A stretch of 62,962 nt of DNA, filler included, from Sluysia triapertura (GCA_046118255.1; 5 parts of 5 records of this genome joined end to end with filler, not necessarily neighbours in it), one strand, 5' to 3'; shown: positions 1-13,445, counted from the first letter of the whole stretch. Notes: generated by a model not told the origin, from the letters alone. Translations and numbers: made by a program.

Positions 1-2
1 AT

Positions 3-6
<4 letters not shown>

Positions 7-54
<48 letters not shown>
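7..54. repeat. (TA)n microsatellite
   Basis: Uninterrupted TA dinucleotide run at the window start. Confidence 0.95.
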
Positions 55-56
<2 letters not shown>

Positions 57-447
57 CTCAACTTTATGAATCACTATATTTACTATGACACCAATATCAA
101 CATTACATTCAAGTAAATACACGCCAACCGTATTTACACTTAGTTTCTATAGTTGGTGAACTGAACTTTCTTACTATTAAAGCTACTGATCTTAAGCACA
201 TTAGAAAATAGACTTATCACAAGATTCGCCGAAAATATTTTGAATTTATTTGCTTAAACATTAGATTACAAGTTTCAAGACACTTTATGAAAGGTCACCG
301 CTTTAAACATTCCGATAAAGTTGAAAAAAGGTGAAGGAGTATTACTTTGTCTAAATCCGAAAGTTTTCAGATCGTTGACAGAAAGTCGTGGACAATGACA
401 GTCTTAACTCTGAAGAAATTCATTATTTTATTACGGCATACAAACTT

Positions 448-2160
448 TTACCTCAACCTAGTAATAATGTAAAATGAATATATAATATAATATAAAATAT
501 AAAATATAAAATATAAAATATAAAATATAATAATTTTCTTATAGTCTTACCATTTTTTTCTATTACAAACAATGGGTACTTTCGGTTTATTTAAAACACA
601 ATATGTATCCCTAAATATATGACCCCAAGTATCATTTCAGTCATTATTTAAGATTCTGAATTACCAAATGTCAAAATATTTAAAATGGACTGAACCACTG
701 CTATGATTATGTGTCAACCTAACAATTCGCATTTGTATCCTGTTTATAAGAAAGCTTAAATGAGATTTAAGATCATGATTTATTTACAAATGTATTTTTA
801 CAAAATCGAATGCTTTAGTAAGATAATAATACGAGAAAACCCAAACTAAAAATAGTTTTAGTTAACTGTTAAAGTACTCATTGAAAATTGTAGTTTACAC
901 TTATTTTACATTTGTCCTAAAATGTGTCGATAATTTTTACTATTTATCGATTATATGTTGAAAATAAAAAGTTTTCATCGATTCCTTTCCGTCTTAATTT
1001 TGAAAGATAATAAATTATGAATGTACTATATTACATCTAATACCAAAATATCAAAGTTAACTTTAGTGTACGAATGTTGGATGTCTTTTAAATTAATGGT
1101 CATTAATGTTGGATCATTTAAATTAATTGTCAAAATAGGGGAATGTTATATATGTATCTAAACATTTATAAAATTTTTTATGAATCACTATAGTAATATT
1201 TTTTATGAATAAAAAATCGTCCCACAGACAATAGGATTGTTTATAAAAATGGTTTAAGTAGGCAGCATCGAGTTTAAAAAATCGGTTTCCAGAACACTTT
1301 GCAGTTTTATAAATTCGTAGACTAAAAGTTAATATTTTCATTATGTAAACAAATAATTTTAATGATTTTTGCTATTCATTTTTCCTTTTCATATAAGATT
1401 TAGTAATTTGTCGTATGATATAGATTTAAATTATATTTAATAGGCTCCTTCAGTACGTTTATGATTATTTGACAAATATGTTGAAGATGCAATATTATTT
1501 CTACTATTCTATTAAGTATTTGGACTAATATTACTAAAAGCTTTCTCTAGACCTTAATTTTGCATCATTTGCATTTTAATTATCTAAGAAAAAATAAAAA
1601 AAATATTTGAATACAATAAAAGAAAATCAAAGATGTCAATAAAGCTAAACAAAAGTCCAATACACGTATGAAATAATATATTCTATAATGTAATAAATTA
1701 TTCAGTTTTTACCTCCACAAAGAATTTTTAACATAATAGACATAAAGAATAAATTCATTAAAATAAATTAATTGAAATAAAACTAAATTTTTTTATTGAT
1801 TAAATGTTTAAATTCTTAACATAATAAAATTATTTCGACTAAGAAAATACTATTTAGAGTTTAAAAAATATTTATCCTAAATATTTCGATTAAAATTAAT
1901 ATTTAATGTTATACGAAAGTACTGTATAAACTACCACAATACATAAAATCGAATAAAATTTTATTTTATATTAATTTATTAACACATTACATTTGATTTA
2001 TTTCTATTATAACAATGAAAATTAATTTAAAATATATTAAAACTTACCTTGAATCATTCTTCAGAAAATTATTTGCAACTTCATTTAAATTAAAAACAGC
2101 GCATATGTACTCTCGAAACAAATCGATGTAGTTAAACAAACATAAAAAAATCACATTGTT
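448..2160 (-). CDS. Candidate multi-exon orphan gene (3' exons supported, 5' part unresolved)
   Basis: Phase-consistent GT-AG exons 739-665, 610-551 and 457-448 give ...IQMRIVRLTHNHSSGSVHFKYFDIWDTYCVLNKPKVPIVCNRKKWLR*. There is a further GTAAGT donor near 2047 and ORF 1341-1123 upstream, but these could not be joined without an in-frame stop. Confidence 0.4.
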
Positions 2161-2589
2161 ATAATAATTTGTTAAATAAATTATTTAAATGCAAATAAAA
2201 TTAAAAATTAAATTATTACTTCTTAAAATTTAAATTACTAATTATTATGACTTGATTTAACGAATAAATCTAATTAAAATAAAAAGTAATAAGAATAAGT
2301 TTTCCAGGAATAAAATTTTGCACATCAATACTTACCTATAAAATATCTTTTATATAAATGAAACTAATTTGTTATAACACTTTTGCGTTTAGATTTTTAA
2401 AAATATTAGAATATTAAAATTAAGGTTTTTTATAAGATTTATTATGCTTAGCTCTGATTCCCGAATTAAGAATTAATGATATAGTTAAAAATTAAGAATC
2501 ACGAAAGATCTCCAACCAAAGAAAGAAACAATATTCGTTACATATGCGATAATGAAGGTAGTTTAAAAAAATGATGCTCCTTTTCTAAC

Positions 2590-3089
2590 ATGGATAGATT
2601 CACATTTATATGTTTTAAATGATTTGACTAGCTTTATGCTTTTGCTTTTATTGGTTTTATAATCGAAAAAGTTAGATTAAATAAATAAAGATGTAATATT
2701 TCTTATATTGGATGGTAAACATAAAAAAATAAAATTTTCATACAAAAAATCATCATGTAATCTCAGTTTGTTTTCGATGCTTCAAAACATTAGACTGTTA
2801 ATTTTCAAGTATCCTCTAAAAATAGCTCGACCCAAAAATACCTGAAAGTATTAAACTAAATAAAATTACAGTCTACCTCGAGGTCTTTCGATATATAATG
2901 TAATTGTTTAATAATCATCCTATCATTAAACCTTCAGTTTGTATTAGGAATTATTTAACGTATCTTATTTTCGTTGGTGGATGTACTGCTATTAGTTTAC
3001 ATATGTATCTGATATGTATCTTTCAAAGTATCTGATAACTTTTCTGAACAAAGATTTATAGGTTTTGCAATATTTGAAAAATCCTTATA
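2590..3089 (-). mobile_element. Heavily decayed Ty3/gypsy RT-RNase H remnant
   Basis: Minus-strand peptides YKDFSNIAKPI (cf. FIKDFSKIAKPL), FLIQTEGLMIG (cf. FIIQTDASxxG) and FIFYVYHPI (cf. FxLxTDHKPL) occur in the expected order, with many stops. Confidence 0.45.
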
Positions 3090-3480
3090 TGGTGACCAAG
3101 CTTTTCAAAATTTTAACCCTTCATAACACAGCCATATAACACTTAAATCACTGAATACATAAAAATTCAGTAAATTCATGTTTAAAATCTATCAAAAAAT
3201 GCAACGAAATTTCTATAAAAACATCTTCAACTTCTCTTAATTCTCTTCCACAACTCACTTCTCCTTAACCTTCTATCTATTTACTTTCCTAACTTACATT
3301 TTTTTTCTAACACATCATTTTCTCACACGTACTTCTCTTTTTTCGCCACCACATCCACTTGTTCATCATCATGATCATTCAGATTATTATCCGTATCATG
3401 TATAGCAGCATCACTATGATTTACACACTTTAGATACTTACCTACCGCATAACAGTATCGCTACTAAGCTGTACAAAAGT
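3090..3480 (+). mobile_element. TGGTGACCAA motif plus AC/CT-rich leader and decayed basic-hydrophobic mini-ORF (ATG 3178); copy 1 of putative gene-capturing element
   Basis: Motif and layout resemble 12977(-) and 42422(+). Nucleotide similarity to those two copies is weak. Confidence 0.4.
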
Positions 3481-3799
3481 GAAGATAATATTAATATAAG
3501 TTAAGTTACGCTATCTGGAATTGCCAGTAACAGTTAATAGATTTGGAAAATGAAAACAGAGCCGTTGAAGAACATGATGAAAACATAACTCTCACTGACA
3601 ATTTTACACCAATATCAACAAATTCTGATATTGGTAACAGTAGTCAAGGTAATATATGTCAACAAAGACAACTTTCAAATAATATTGAAATGTCACTTTG
3701 CAGACCAGAAATTATTGGACAAAACAATGATTAATTCTTCAAAATTGTCTGAAGAAAACCAATTAAAAACTGGAATATTCAAGTGCATCCAGTGGCGTA

Positions 3800-4575
3800 A
3801 ATCAAGGATACGAATTTCCTCTGTGTGACTTAGATCATTTGCCTGAAACTTCTCATATGCTTAATCAAGTAATCAATTATCCAATTCAACGCGAGAAGAT
3901 AGCGAACGCTTTTGAAAGATTTCAGTATATTAAAAAAGTAATAAATTTATTACACAAGGCTGAAGATGTGATGACACTAAGTCGTTGCATTATTTATATG
4001 AAATAATTCGTTCTCCTATACAATTTAATCGTCATACAATGTTTTCCGAAGATTTCTTAATGGATATGTTAGAATATAACCCAAGTAAGATTTAGAACAT
4101 AGTGACCTTATATTAAATAAATCCAATTATAAAGAAATCATACCAATATGTTTACCATTTAAAACAAAAATTCATCAAACTTATCGAGTTCAATACATTC
4201 AAGATAATTGTTTACATCATCCGTCCTTATTTAATGACAACACAAGTTCATCATTGAATACATCGAAAATACAAGAATCATCATTTTTAATCAATTGCTT
4301 GCTACAGATTTGTCCATGGAAAACAAAAGAGATTTAATGGGCTTACTAAAAGAATTTTGTACTATAATTAGTTACAACCACAACAAAAAGAATTATATTT
4401 TTGTGCTCTTTCGCAAAACAGAGCTCTTAAAGCTTTATTTTATTCTTTTAGAATAGTTCGGCACCGTGTTCAATTGCAGTGTGTAGATCTTTTACAAATT
4501 TTTGTTGAAAATCAACCAAGTATGGTTAGTGATTTCTTTTTAAATAACGCTCGTAAAAGTAGTCAAGATAATCTA
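3800..4575 (+). pseudogene. PPP4R3: PP4 regulatory subunit 3 (SMEK/PPP4R3) fragment, frameshifted, no evident introns
   Basis: Translated peptides in SMK-1-domain order: QREKIANAFERFQYIKK, MFSEDFLMDMLEYNPS, YKEIIPICLPFKTKIHQTYRVQYIQD (~4167-4205, hallmark motif), KRDLMGLLKEFC, LQPQQKELYF, DLLQIFVENQPSMVSDF. Confidence 0.85.
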
Positions 4576-4864
4576 TATATCAGTCTATTAAGTGATTAGG
4601 TACTGGATTTTTAATAATATATATTCTATTCAAAATTATAATAATAATATAGTAATAATAATAATTGTAGGGAAATTACATCAAAATAACAAAGACACTT
4701 CATCCCATAAGAACATTTCTTATATAAACAAACCACTAAATAAACTACTTGACACATTCAAGAACAAACATAGTCATTGTAAATAATTATCAATAGTTAT
4801 ATTCATTGTTATCATAACATCTATCATAATAATCTCATGTCGTCAACATTCAATTTAAATTTCA

Positions 4865-4865
<1 letters not shown>

Positions 4866-4922
<57 letters not shown>
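4866..4922. repeat. (TAT)n microsatellite
   Basis: Direct observation. Confidence 0.95.
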
Positions 4923-5099
4923 ATTTCGTTATTGTCAAACGTTACACCATCTTACCTTTATCTTTTTTTGTTTGTATGCATGTGTATATATAAAATTGTA
5001 TAGATGTCTGCATTTTTTGTATGTATGTTTATTCTTTTTCACTCTTCCTTTTATATTTTATTACTCAAGCTAAATTCCATTTAATACAAATAAAAAAAT

Positions 5100-6525
5100 T
5101 GGCCCAAATCTAATATGTTGCCTGAGCATTACACGTGGTATTGGTATGAATTCGAAACGTTTCTTCAATGAAGCGGTTATTTTGATGTAAAAAAGTTGTT
5201 AGCATCAATGAAAAGTTCAATTATCGATGTTTTATTGCGTAATCAGGAAGAAATTGAAGAAAGACAGAATGCATATGAATTATATGGAGCTGATTTTTTA
5301 TTAGCCGTGAGGACATGTAAATGTGATTAATTGAAATTAATTCGAGTTCGTGTATAGCACTGAGTACTCATGTTATTACACAATTGGTTGAATCTGTCAT
5401 TGAAGATGCATTTAAAGTTGTTTCTGGTTATCCCCCTGATCTTGACTGTGATAATGGAAAATTTCAACTTTTGTATAAGCAAGACTCATTTACAAAACCT
5501 TTTATCGATCAGATACGAGGCTTATTTATCAAAGAATATGCTATTCGAAAATATGTACAAAAGCTTAAATTTGTGTCTGATTCTAACGATGCATATCAGA
5601 TTGAAAACAATCAAACGATTGATGATGTTAATGAAGTCATTAAATGTTATTAAATGATCCCATAAAAAAATTAGCTTTAAAATACAATTTAAGCTCACAT
5701 GTTACAAAAAGTATACTAAGTAAAATCGGTAATTTAGGTGATATGAAAATTAAGAAAACAAAAAGAAAAACTTTGATGCACATTTCATCAGATTTGAACA
5801 AAAGTCAGTCTGTGCCATCTGGAGAAAGTAATAATCGAAATAAATTATATAATATAGTGAGTATTGCAGATAAAAATTTGAACAGAGTAAGAAGCAAATC
5901 TGATGTTTCTAAACAAACTGTGAAACCAAAAATAAACTTCTTACTTGAAATCACTATCAAATCTTTTAAATCAATTGGTAAAAAAGACCAGGACACATTA
6001 CTTGCTATTTCTAGTTACGAAAAGAATAATTCACAAGATATCATTCTTAAATCAGCTTGCTTAAAAAAGGCAAAATACAAGCGCGACCAGTTAGATTATA
6101 TTCCGAACAGTAACACGGAACGTTTAAAATATGGAATCTGCTTTAGTGCCACCTTTGTTTAAAAGATCCCAGTCTTTCAAAAGCGAAACGCATGAACAAA
6201 AAACAAAGAAAACGGAAACAGAAAATTTCAATACAAACTACCTCGTTATGCATCTTTGATTAAAATAAGTAACACTGGAAAAACGAATCTCTTACATCGA
6301 TTAAATAATTTACGCGAAAAGACAAAAATTCGAGATTGCAACAAATTTGAACGCTTATTTACTAAAATAATAGATAAAAATGCTGAAATCCAAAACATAA
6401 AGAAATGTTATTCACATTCAATGATAACGCAATTTTCTAGTACTACCACTACTACTATCACTACTATTAGTACTCGTATTACCACTACTACTGCTGCCAC
6501 GACAACATCTGAAATTATAAAATGA
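5100..6525 (+). pseudogene. Tubulin glycylase TTLL3/TTLL8-like C-terminal fragment with stops and frameshifts
   Basis: SMKSSIIDVLLRNQEEIEERQNAYELYGADFLL, then (W>TGA)LIEINSSS...CDNGKFQLLYKQ, matching the TTL ELYGADF / WLIEIN / DxGxFxLxYKQ motifs of the TTLL3/8 type. Broken tail ORFs 5644-6162 and 6256-6525 follow. Confidence 0.8.
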
Positions 6526-7090
6526 GATAAAATTAAAATAATTAATATTAATAAATTACGATGTTAACAAAAATTTATGGGAAATATTTACTGAACAATT
6601 TGTTTCAACGAAGATTTTATTCCATATGATTATAAAACAATATATTCAAGAGCACTTTTCAATGAAGGTACTGTCAAATTATCTAATTTCTAGGTTAATA
6701 AACTTCATAATGTTCGTTATTTTTATCATGTTCTGCAATAAAAAGCTTTCAAACTGTGTTGTTTTCATATTCATAAAATCAAGTTTTGTTCTCAAAGGCA
6801 TTAAGCCTATTTTGTTTCGTACTTCGTTAATACTTAAAATTTTTATCGTTTTAAATAGTTTCTTCATAAAATTAAAGTTTCAAATAGAACAAAGCCCTCC
6901 AAAATAAAAATAACTATAATGATGAAATTTCAATTTTTTATTTAACGGCAAAGTAGAAAGTTTCCGTTTTGTTGCTATATAAATCAACTACTAAAATTAG
7001 TAGTTATCACAATATTATTCAATTTATTTTCGGCCACAATTTAAAAATCAAATTTTCGTAACACAAATATTTATTCATACAACGTAAAAG

Positions 7091-7570
7091 ATGGCTTTCG
7101 CTCCAAAATCCGAAAGTAACGGCAAAGTTCATTCTGATCAAATGTTAAATTCTCTAATTGAAAATTAGGATGAATTGCAGAGTGATGTTGACAAATTGAA
7201 TACACAAGATTGTGAAGAAATACTAGAACAACATGCTAACTTAGTAAATTCAATGCTCTTATCCGCTGTTAATGACTTTAATTACTCAACACGACGAGTA
7301 TTTACTACAATCTTTAGTTAGCCTTGATGTCAATGAATTTTGATAATATTAAATGATATTAACCATGTACACCAAATGGTTATTTCTCCAATCATCCCAT
7401 TAATAAATTTATAAATATTGATGAGTTAGAAATTAATGCAACTTGTAATGAAAAGATGGAAAAAGTACACCAAAACTATGAATGAGTCAGTTCATAAAGT
7501 TGGTTCCCGTAACAAAGAATCGTATGAGAGTCCATTTAGTTTCATACAATTCAATTCACTAGAAGTAAGC
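7091..7570 (+). pseudogene. Decayed ORF of unknown identity (MAFAPKSESNGKVHSDQML...)
   Basis: ATG-initiated coding-like composition with internal stops; no recognised domain. Confidence 0.3.
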
Positions 7571-8519
7571 TTTCTTATCTGTGTACCTTCTTCTGTCTTT
7601 GGTGATTATTTTCAATTCATTCCCCAATTTTGTAACATTTAAAATATAAGTGTTTAGTGTTTTATTTTAAAATTCTTAAGTTCTTTTATTTTTAAAAGAC
7701 AATAAAATAATTTTTCAGCTCTTAATGGATATTAATGTTAATAACAAACTTCGTTTTGACAAAGAAACTTTAAATCAATACCATTTTATAATTTTATAAC
7801 TTTTCACCCAAACCTTAGAGATGTTAGAATAATTTCGCACCTTAAATTCATTTAAAACTTCAATATTTGTACTATACAAACAGACACATTGATTTGTGAT
7901 TTTGTGAATATACCAATTATTGATTTATGACTTGTATATCGGACACATTGATTTATGATTATTCATATAATTTGTATATTCATTTGTGATTATAATTTTT
8001 GTATTATAAACATTTATAATAATTAATTCGGATTATAATTTATTAATAATAATTAATTCGGATTTTTAATTTGGATTTAAATTAATCAAAATAAAAATAA
8101 AGTAAGTAATTTTATTAGTTAAATTATATGTAAACTTTAATATTTTTTAAAATTATTAATCGAATTATTTTTGTTTTTATAATTAAAATATATAGTTTCG
8201 TTTTAATTTGGTCAAGGCCAGTTAAATTAGGCATATAAACATGCATAAAACTCACAATTTACATACAATTTTTCTACGACTTTGATAGTTTAAAGGAGAG
8301 TTAACCAGCTTTTATAAATATTTCATTTGGAAAAATTGCATACAAGAGTTACATAACTTTTAGAGATTAAGAAGAGACTACAAACTTTTACAAATATTTT
8401 ATTTGGAAAATTGAACATAAAGGACTTGCCAGATTCTTTCTTTTACACGGAATATTACGTTAGTTTATTATACTAAGCTTGGATACGATAAATATCCACG
8501 TAATTTCGAAACATAATAG

Positions 8520-9170
8520 TTTCGCGTAAAATCCATTACTAAATTATTATTATTTGAAGAATTAACCAAGATTAATTCTCCGCAACATATTTATCAATTT
8601 TTATATTTCCTTTGTATGATATTAAGTATATAATATAAATTATTGGAGAGTTCCTTTTTATTAATAATTAACTTCTATAGCTTTAAATATAAAATCACTA
8701 CTGTAGCAAAGTTTTTCTTATTAGAATTTAATTCTGATACCGTAAAATCATTCATTACAAATACTTTTCATAGGATTTACGAAAACTATTTTTAATAATA
8801 CAAAATTTAACTGTTATTTTTCAGTTTGCATTAACTCCCATTCGTTTATAAATTCTATTAAAATACCTCCAGAACTCGACTCAGTTTGACGGATAAGTAT
8901 TTAAGTATTTAATTGTTATTTGATAGAAAGTAAAATATTTGAATAGTCTCGCTGAATATCTTAATAAATTCTCAAACACTTTAAATAGAGCTTTAGGAAG
9001 TTATTCTTATTTTCAATTAAAAAACCTTTTCTCTGTAAATCCAACGGCTAGCCCTAACTGGTAAGCCTAGTACGTTGGTGGACTCACGTAAAAATCATAC
9101 TTTATTCTATAAGGGTCTTATTTACTTTTAAAATCTCACACATATAATCAATACTAAAAATTTAAATAAC
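8520..9170 (+). repeat. Dispersed repeat family B, copy 1 (possibly LTR-derived)
   Basis: AAATCCAACGGCT...CTGGTAAG...GTTGGTGGACTC (9038-9086), CCTCCAGA and CATAGGATTTA match the reverse complement of 35600-36120. Confidence 0.7.
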
Positions 9171-9910
9171 TATTTTATAAATAATACTAAACTCCATACT
9201 AAGCAATTTTCACTACTATTTCCACTAATATTTATAAGTACTCTGGCTTCGTTTATAAGGCATGTCATATTGACGCCACTTAAGATGGTTAATGTTATTA
9301 GTTAGAGTGAAAATAGTAAATTATGAACGTTATAGTCTACGTTGACCGTGATTTGTGTAGATCTGAAAAACATAAGTATGCATGCATCTTATAATATTTA
9401 TTTCGTTTAAAATACTTCATGATAATCTGAGATTTTAAATCACTTTTACTTTTATTAACAATTCAGTATCCTGGGTTTTAAGTTTAACTTTATCTTCAAT
9501 TTCTTTAACTTGATTTAAAAATTCATTGGTGGAACCTAATAGCCTTCTTAGAGCTATCCATCAAATGCAGAAAATCTTTAATTCCAACATTATTAATGTC
9601 TAAAACTAATCAACTCATTTTCAAAATTAGACAAATCAAGAGTAATGAAATTGTTTTAAGCTTCGACAGATTCATGCGTAAAATCCGACCATGTATGTCT
9701 GTATTTACCAAACAGATAATACGTAGGTGAGAAAATATTGGTAAATTTATTTTAAATAAATTTTAAATATAAATACGCATATTTTGAATTTTTGTAAAAA
9801 CAATGTATTTGTAGCTTTTTTTTCAAGTTTTTACACATGTGTATTTATGTTTGTGACAATAAAAGATTTGCAAGCTCCACAAGTTGTATGTTATAATGTA
9901 TTGAAAATAT

Positions 9911-9987
9911 CACGACTATATTCGTGCTGGCAATACGCAACACCCAGCCAACCATGATATATTCGTGGTTGGCAGCGAATGGGTTAA
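9911..9987 (+). mobile_element. piggyBac-type element terminus
   Basis: Ends GGG-TTAA, preceded by a duplicated subterminal palindrome (CACGACTATATTCGTG; GCCAACCATGATATATTCGTGGTTGGC). Confidence 0.55.
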
Positions 9988-10851
9988 GAACATTTTAAAG
10001 ATAATTTTTCGTAATTTCAGAATTTTTATGCTACTTCTTTGAAGATACTGAAACTACTGATTAGTGACCACGTATAATGCATGTATCTTATAATAATAAT
10101 TAATAATTAATAATATTAATAATTTATTAACATTAAATAATTTTACATAAACAAAATATTATTTTTTTACTTTGTCATTGCTTATTTCAAAATTGCCACA
10201 ATTTATGAATTCTACCCAAATTTTATTTATTAATTCACCGTGATCAAACATCATATATAAATTACCTTTTAAACGGTTAATAGTTATTTGAGTTTTTAAA
10301 ACATCAACAAACATAACTGTTGAAATACAAAATTGTGAAAGGCATTTGTGAGTATGTCATATTATTTTGCCAGAAACAACATTTCTAGAAAAAGGAGGAT
10401 GAACTAATTTCCCAGTTTTGCATTTTGAAAAATAAGTTAACGTATTCTTGAATATTCACGTTGAGTATTGGCACGTAAGGTTGTAGTTATGTAATGTTTA
10501 AGATGTGAGAAATGAAAAATGATGAGAAAATTGATATTGATTGACTAAAAAATTGACTAATTATTATCGTGATTATATCAAAATTGTGATTATGAACGTA
10601 ATTATGAATTGTAAATATTATAAAAAGTTATCAATATTATAAAAATTACTGAAACTATAAAATATAAATTATAAAAAATATTATAAAAATTTTTAAATAA
10701 ATTTAAAAATTAAATAAGCAAAATATTAAATAAATTTAAATTTAAATATTTTAAGATTTAAATAAAAAATAAATTTTTGTTAAATTTAAATATTGGATTT
10801 AAATGAATTTTTGTTTAAATAAAGTAAATAAATTAATACGTATAAACAATA

Positions 10852-10951
10852 NNNNNNNNNNNNNNNNNNNNNNNNNNNNNNNNNNNNNNNNNNNNTTAAT
10901 TAATTAANNNNNNNNNNNNNNNNNNNNNNNNNNNNNNNNNNNNNNNNNNNN
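10852..10951. other. Artificial contig linker / gap
   Basis: N44-TTAATTAATTAA-N44, with stop codons in all six frames. Confidence 0.98.
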
Positions 10952-10989
10952 CTTTGAAAACCTACATATACCTTACCATTCAAATCAAA

Positions 10990-12200
10990 ATAGTTCTTGA
11001 TTTTGCATCCAACTTTAATATAAACTTTCTTAGAAAAGCCATATAGATTTTAATAAATTGTTCATGCGTATTACGCAATCGTCATAATTAACGCAACTTA
11101 TTTGTTGATTATTATGAAAATATTGACACGATCTTGCCGATTTGCAACATTGACTAAATTCATTTAATTGATATTGACATTGCACCGATCGAAATAGATT
11201 ATGTTCTTGTGGATTAGAAATGACGTCGGTTAAAGATACGATTATCGGAGGAATATAATAGTTTGTGACACTTGACTTGATGATTGGATGCATGTTAAAT
11301 CTAGAAAGCTGAATCTTTGTTGGATACTTTACTGTATTTTCATCGTGAAACAATTAAGTATTACGTAATTCGTGATAAGAGAGAAAAGTGGTCTACATTT
11401 ATATTTTGTAGAACTATATTTATCTGAAAATTCTTCATTACGGTAAGGAGTATACTTGTAGTTTCAAAAACTGTAGATAATTTAGATCGTGCATTAAACA
11501 TTCATCTATACTTTTTACATTCACTTGATCCCAGTTGAGTACGACTTAGAAGGAAAACATTATAAGGAAGCATTTTATCAATAATTGTCATAGAGTTATA
11601 TAAAATCATACTTACATGTAATTCTCCAAAATTTTTGTCTCTGTCTTTTCTCAAATAGATTACCCACAATATTTCATAAAATAGTCTGTTATTAGATAAA
11701 ACGACGATTTCAAAGATGCTTTATTTATTGCTGGATGTAAATAATTACAGATACGAATAGGATTATATGTTGGCAAAACTCTGAATTTTACATCAGTTTC
11801 ATTAAAAATATGTTGCATGTATTTCTTTAGAACATTGATACTTTGTAGTTTACCACTTTTTGCATTCACGATGAACATTAATAGACGGACTCTAACTGAT
11901 CTATATTCGAATGAATAGTAGATAATCTTATTTGATAAATATTTTGGTTTTTTAATTTAGATTTTAAAAATCGGTAGAGTGACTTCGGTAGTATCTGGAT
12001 TAATTTCATATGAATATGCATACATCTAAGGTTGACTAGTATATCTATTATTTTTTAAAGGCTTGAATATACTGACTTTCTTTTCGAACTTTGTGGTAAC
12101 TAACATAATAGTTGTATTAATTAATTGATCTTACTCTAACTAGGAATCACCATTATGTAAGAACATCTTAAATAATTTTATCAATTGTATTTGTCTGTCT
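10990..12200 (-). pseudogene. Decayed coding fragment, possibly TMEM131-like
   Basis: Broken ORFs 11878-11660 and 11353-11030. QSINVLKKY, ETDVKF, LSTVFETT and VISNPQEHNLFRSVQ loosely follow TMEM131 segments (QSLNIMNSF, SEDVRF, LSAIFEVN, LENPADVPVYVQ) in order; the match is weak. Confidence 0.35.
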
Positions 12201-12329
12201 AAATTTTAAACTTGTCCTTATTTTATTTGTTGTACTCAAATTTTTATGATTATTTTTTATTCAACCAATTATTGATGTTTATTTTTAACTATCTGAGCTA
12301 TAAAATCCCATTGATTGGTCACATAACAA

Positions 12330-12977
12330 AATAATAGGAGCCATGATGTTATGTAATAACAATAAGTAGCAGTACGGTAATTGTAAAATTTAGTGAGAAG
12401 TAATTAATAAAAATTTTAATGAAAAATAATTAAAAATGTCAAAACTGACAGTCTCATTGTTTAAAATTATACAGTAACAAAGATAATGAAAATGATAATG
12501 GCAATATTAATGGTGTTAATAAAATTAAACAAGTAATAAATCAAAATTAGTACAAATAAAATTAAGATTAAAGTGCATAAACTCTTTAAAATTCTTTCCA
12601 CGATCTTTCTTTCCTTTCTCTTGTTTCTTAACATATTACTAAATGAATTTAACTTAAAAAGTGTTTTATTGACGTAAATATTAAAAAATGATTAAGAAGT
12701 GTGAGTTTAATGTTTGTCAAAGGTGTTAAGGATTGTGAATTTGAAATGTCTTGGATTAATTTTAACATCTTCTGTGATAATTTAAGATGTAGATTGTGAT
12801 TCGAATGTTGTAAAATTGTGAGTTGAAATTGTTTTGAATGTTTGGATGAAAATGTAACTTTGGTGTTGTAAGATTGTGAATTTAAGGTGTTTTAGCAAGT
12901 CTGAGAAAGTAATGTAAAATGTTAGTAAATGTTATTAAAAAATGATTTTAAATTTTAAATGAAAAGGTTGGCCACCA
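12330..12977 (-). mobile_element. TGGTGGCCAACC motif plus AC-rich leader and mini-ORF (ATG 12634); copy 2 of putative gene-capturing element
   Basis: Mini-ORF MLRNKRKERKIVERILKSLCTLILILFVLILIYYLFNFINTINIAIIIFIIFVTV* is nucleotide-homologous to 42892 onward; the leader also resembles 42430-42890. Confidence 0.65.
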
Positions 12978-12979
12978 CA

Positions 12980-13445
12980 ACAGACATTATCAGATCTTAT
13001 TTAAATACAAAACGTCACCTTGAGTCTGAGTTTAGCATACAAACAATATTAATTCTTTTAGCTCAACTCGGTTAAGTGAAAAGTTGGATAAGTGGCTGAA
13101 AAATAGAAACATAAGTTGTTTACTCGTCATAAATCTGATTCATTTTGAATCGAAATGTCAATTATGATGAGAAATGGATCCAGTGAGACAATCTCAAACG
13201 TTCAGCATAGTAATGAATGACCAAATGAACAATATTCATCAAAAGAAGCTGATTATGAGTTCTTAATGGTCTAGTGCAAGTTTGATGCATTATGATTCAC
13301 GAAACCTGGCTCATCGATAACAACAGAAATATACTACAACCAAATAGACGAAATGGTGCAAAAAGAACAGCCTAGATTGATCAACTAATCGACTCCTACC
13401 TTATTGCATGACAGCACTAGATTGTACATTGCACAATCGACAATA
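12980..13445 (+). mobile_element. Mariner transposase remnant
   Basis: TIL...QLG*VK..DKW, DEKWIQ*DN (cf. TCDEKW.YDN), HQKKL, KPGSSIT, LLHDSTR (cf. LHDNARPH); multiple stops. Confidence 0.85.

Noticed and set aside
5320-5335. Alternative genetic code (TGA=Trp at the TTLL WLIEIN motif, or TAA/TAG read-through)
   Set aside because: The same regions also contain frameshifts, and intact VPS28 uses TGG for Trp and TAA as stop. Pseudogene decay explains the stops.
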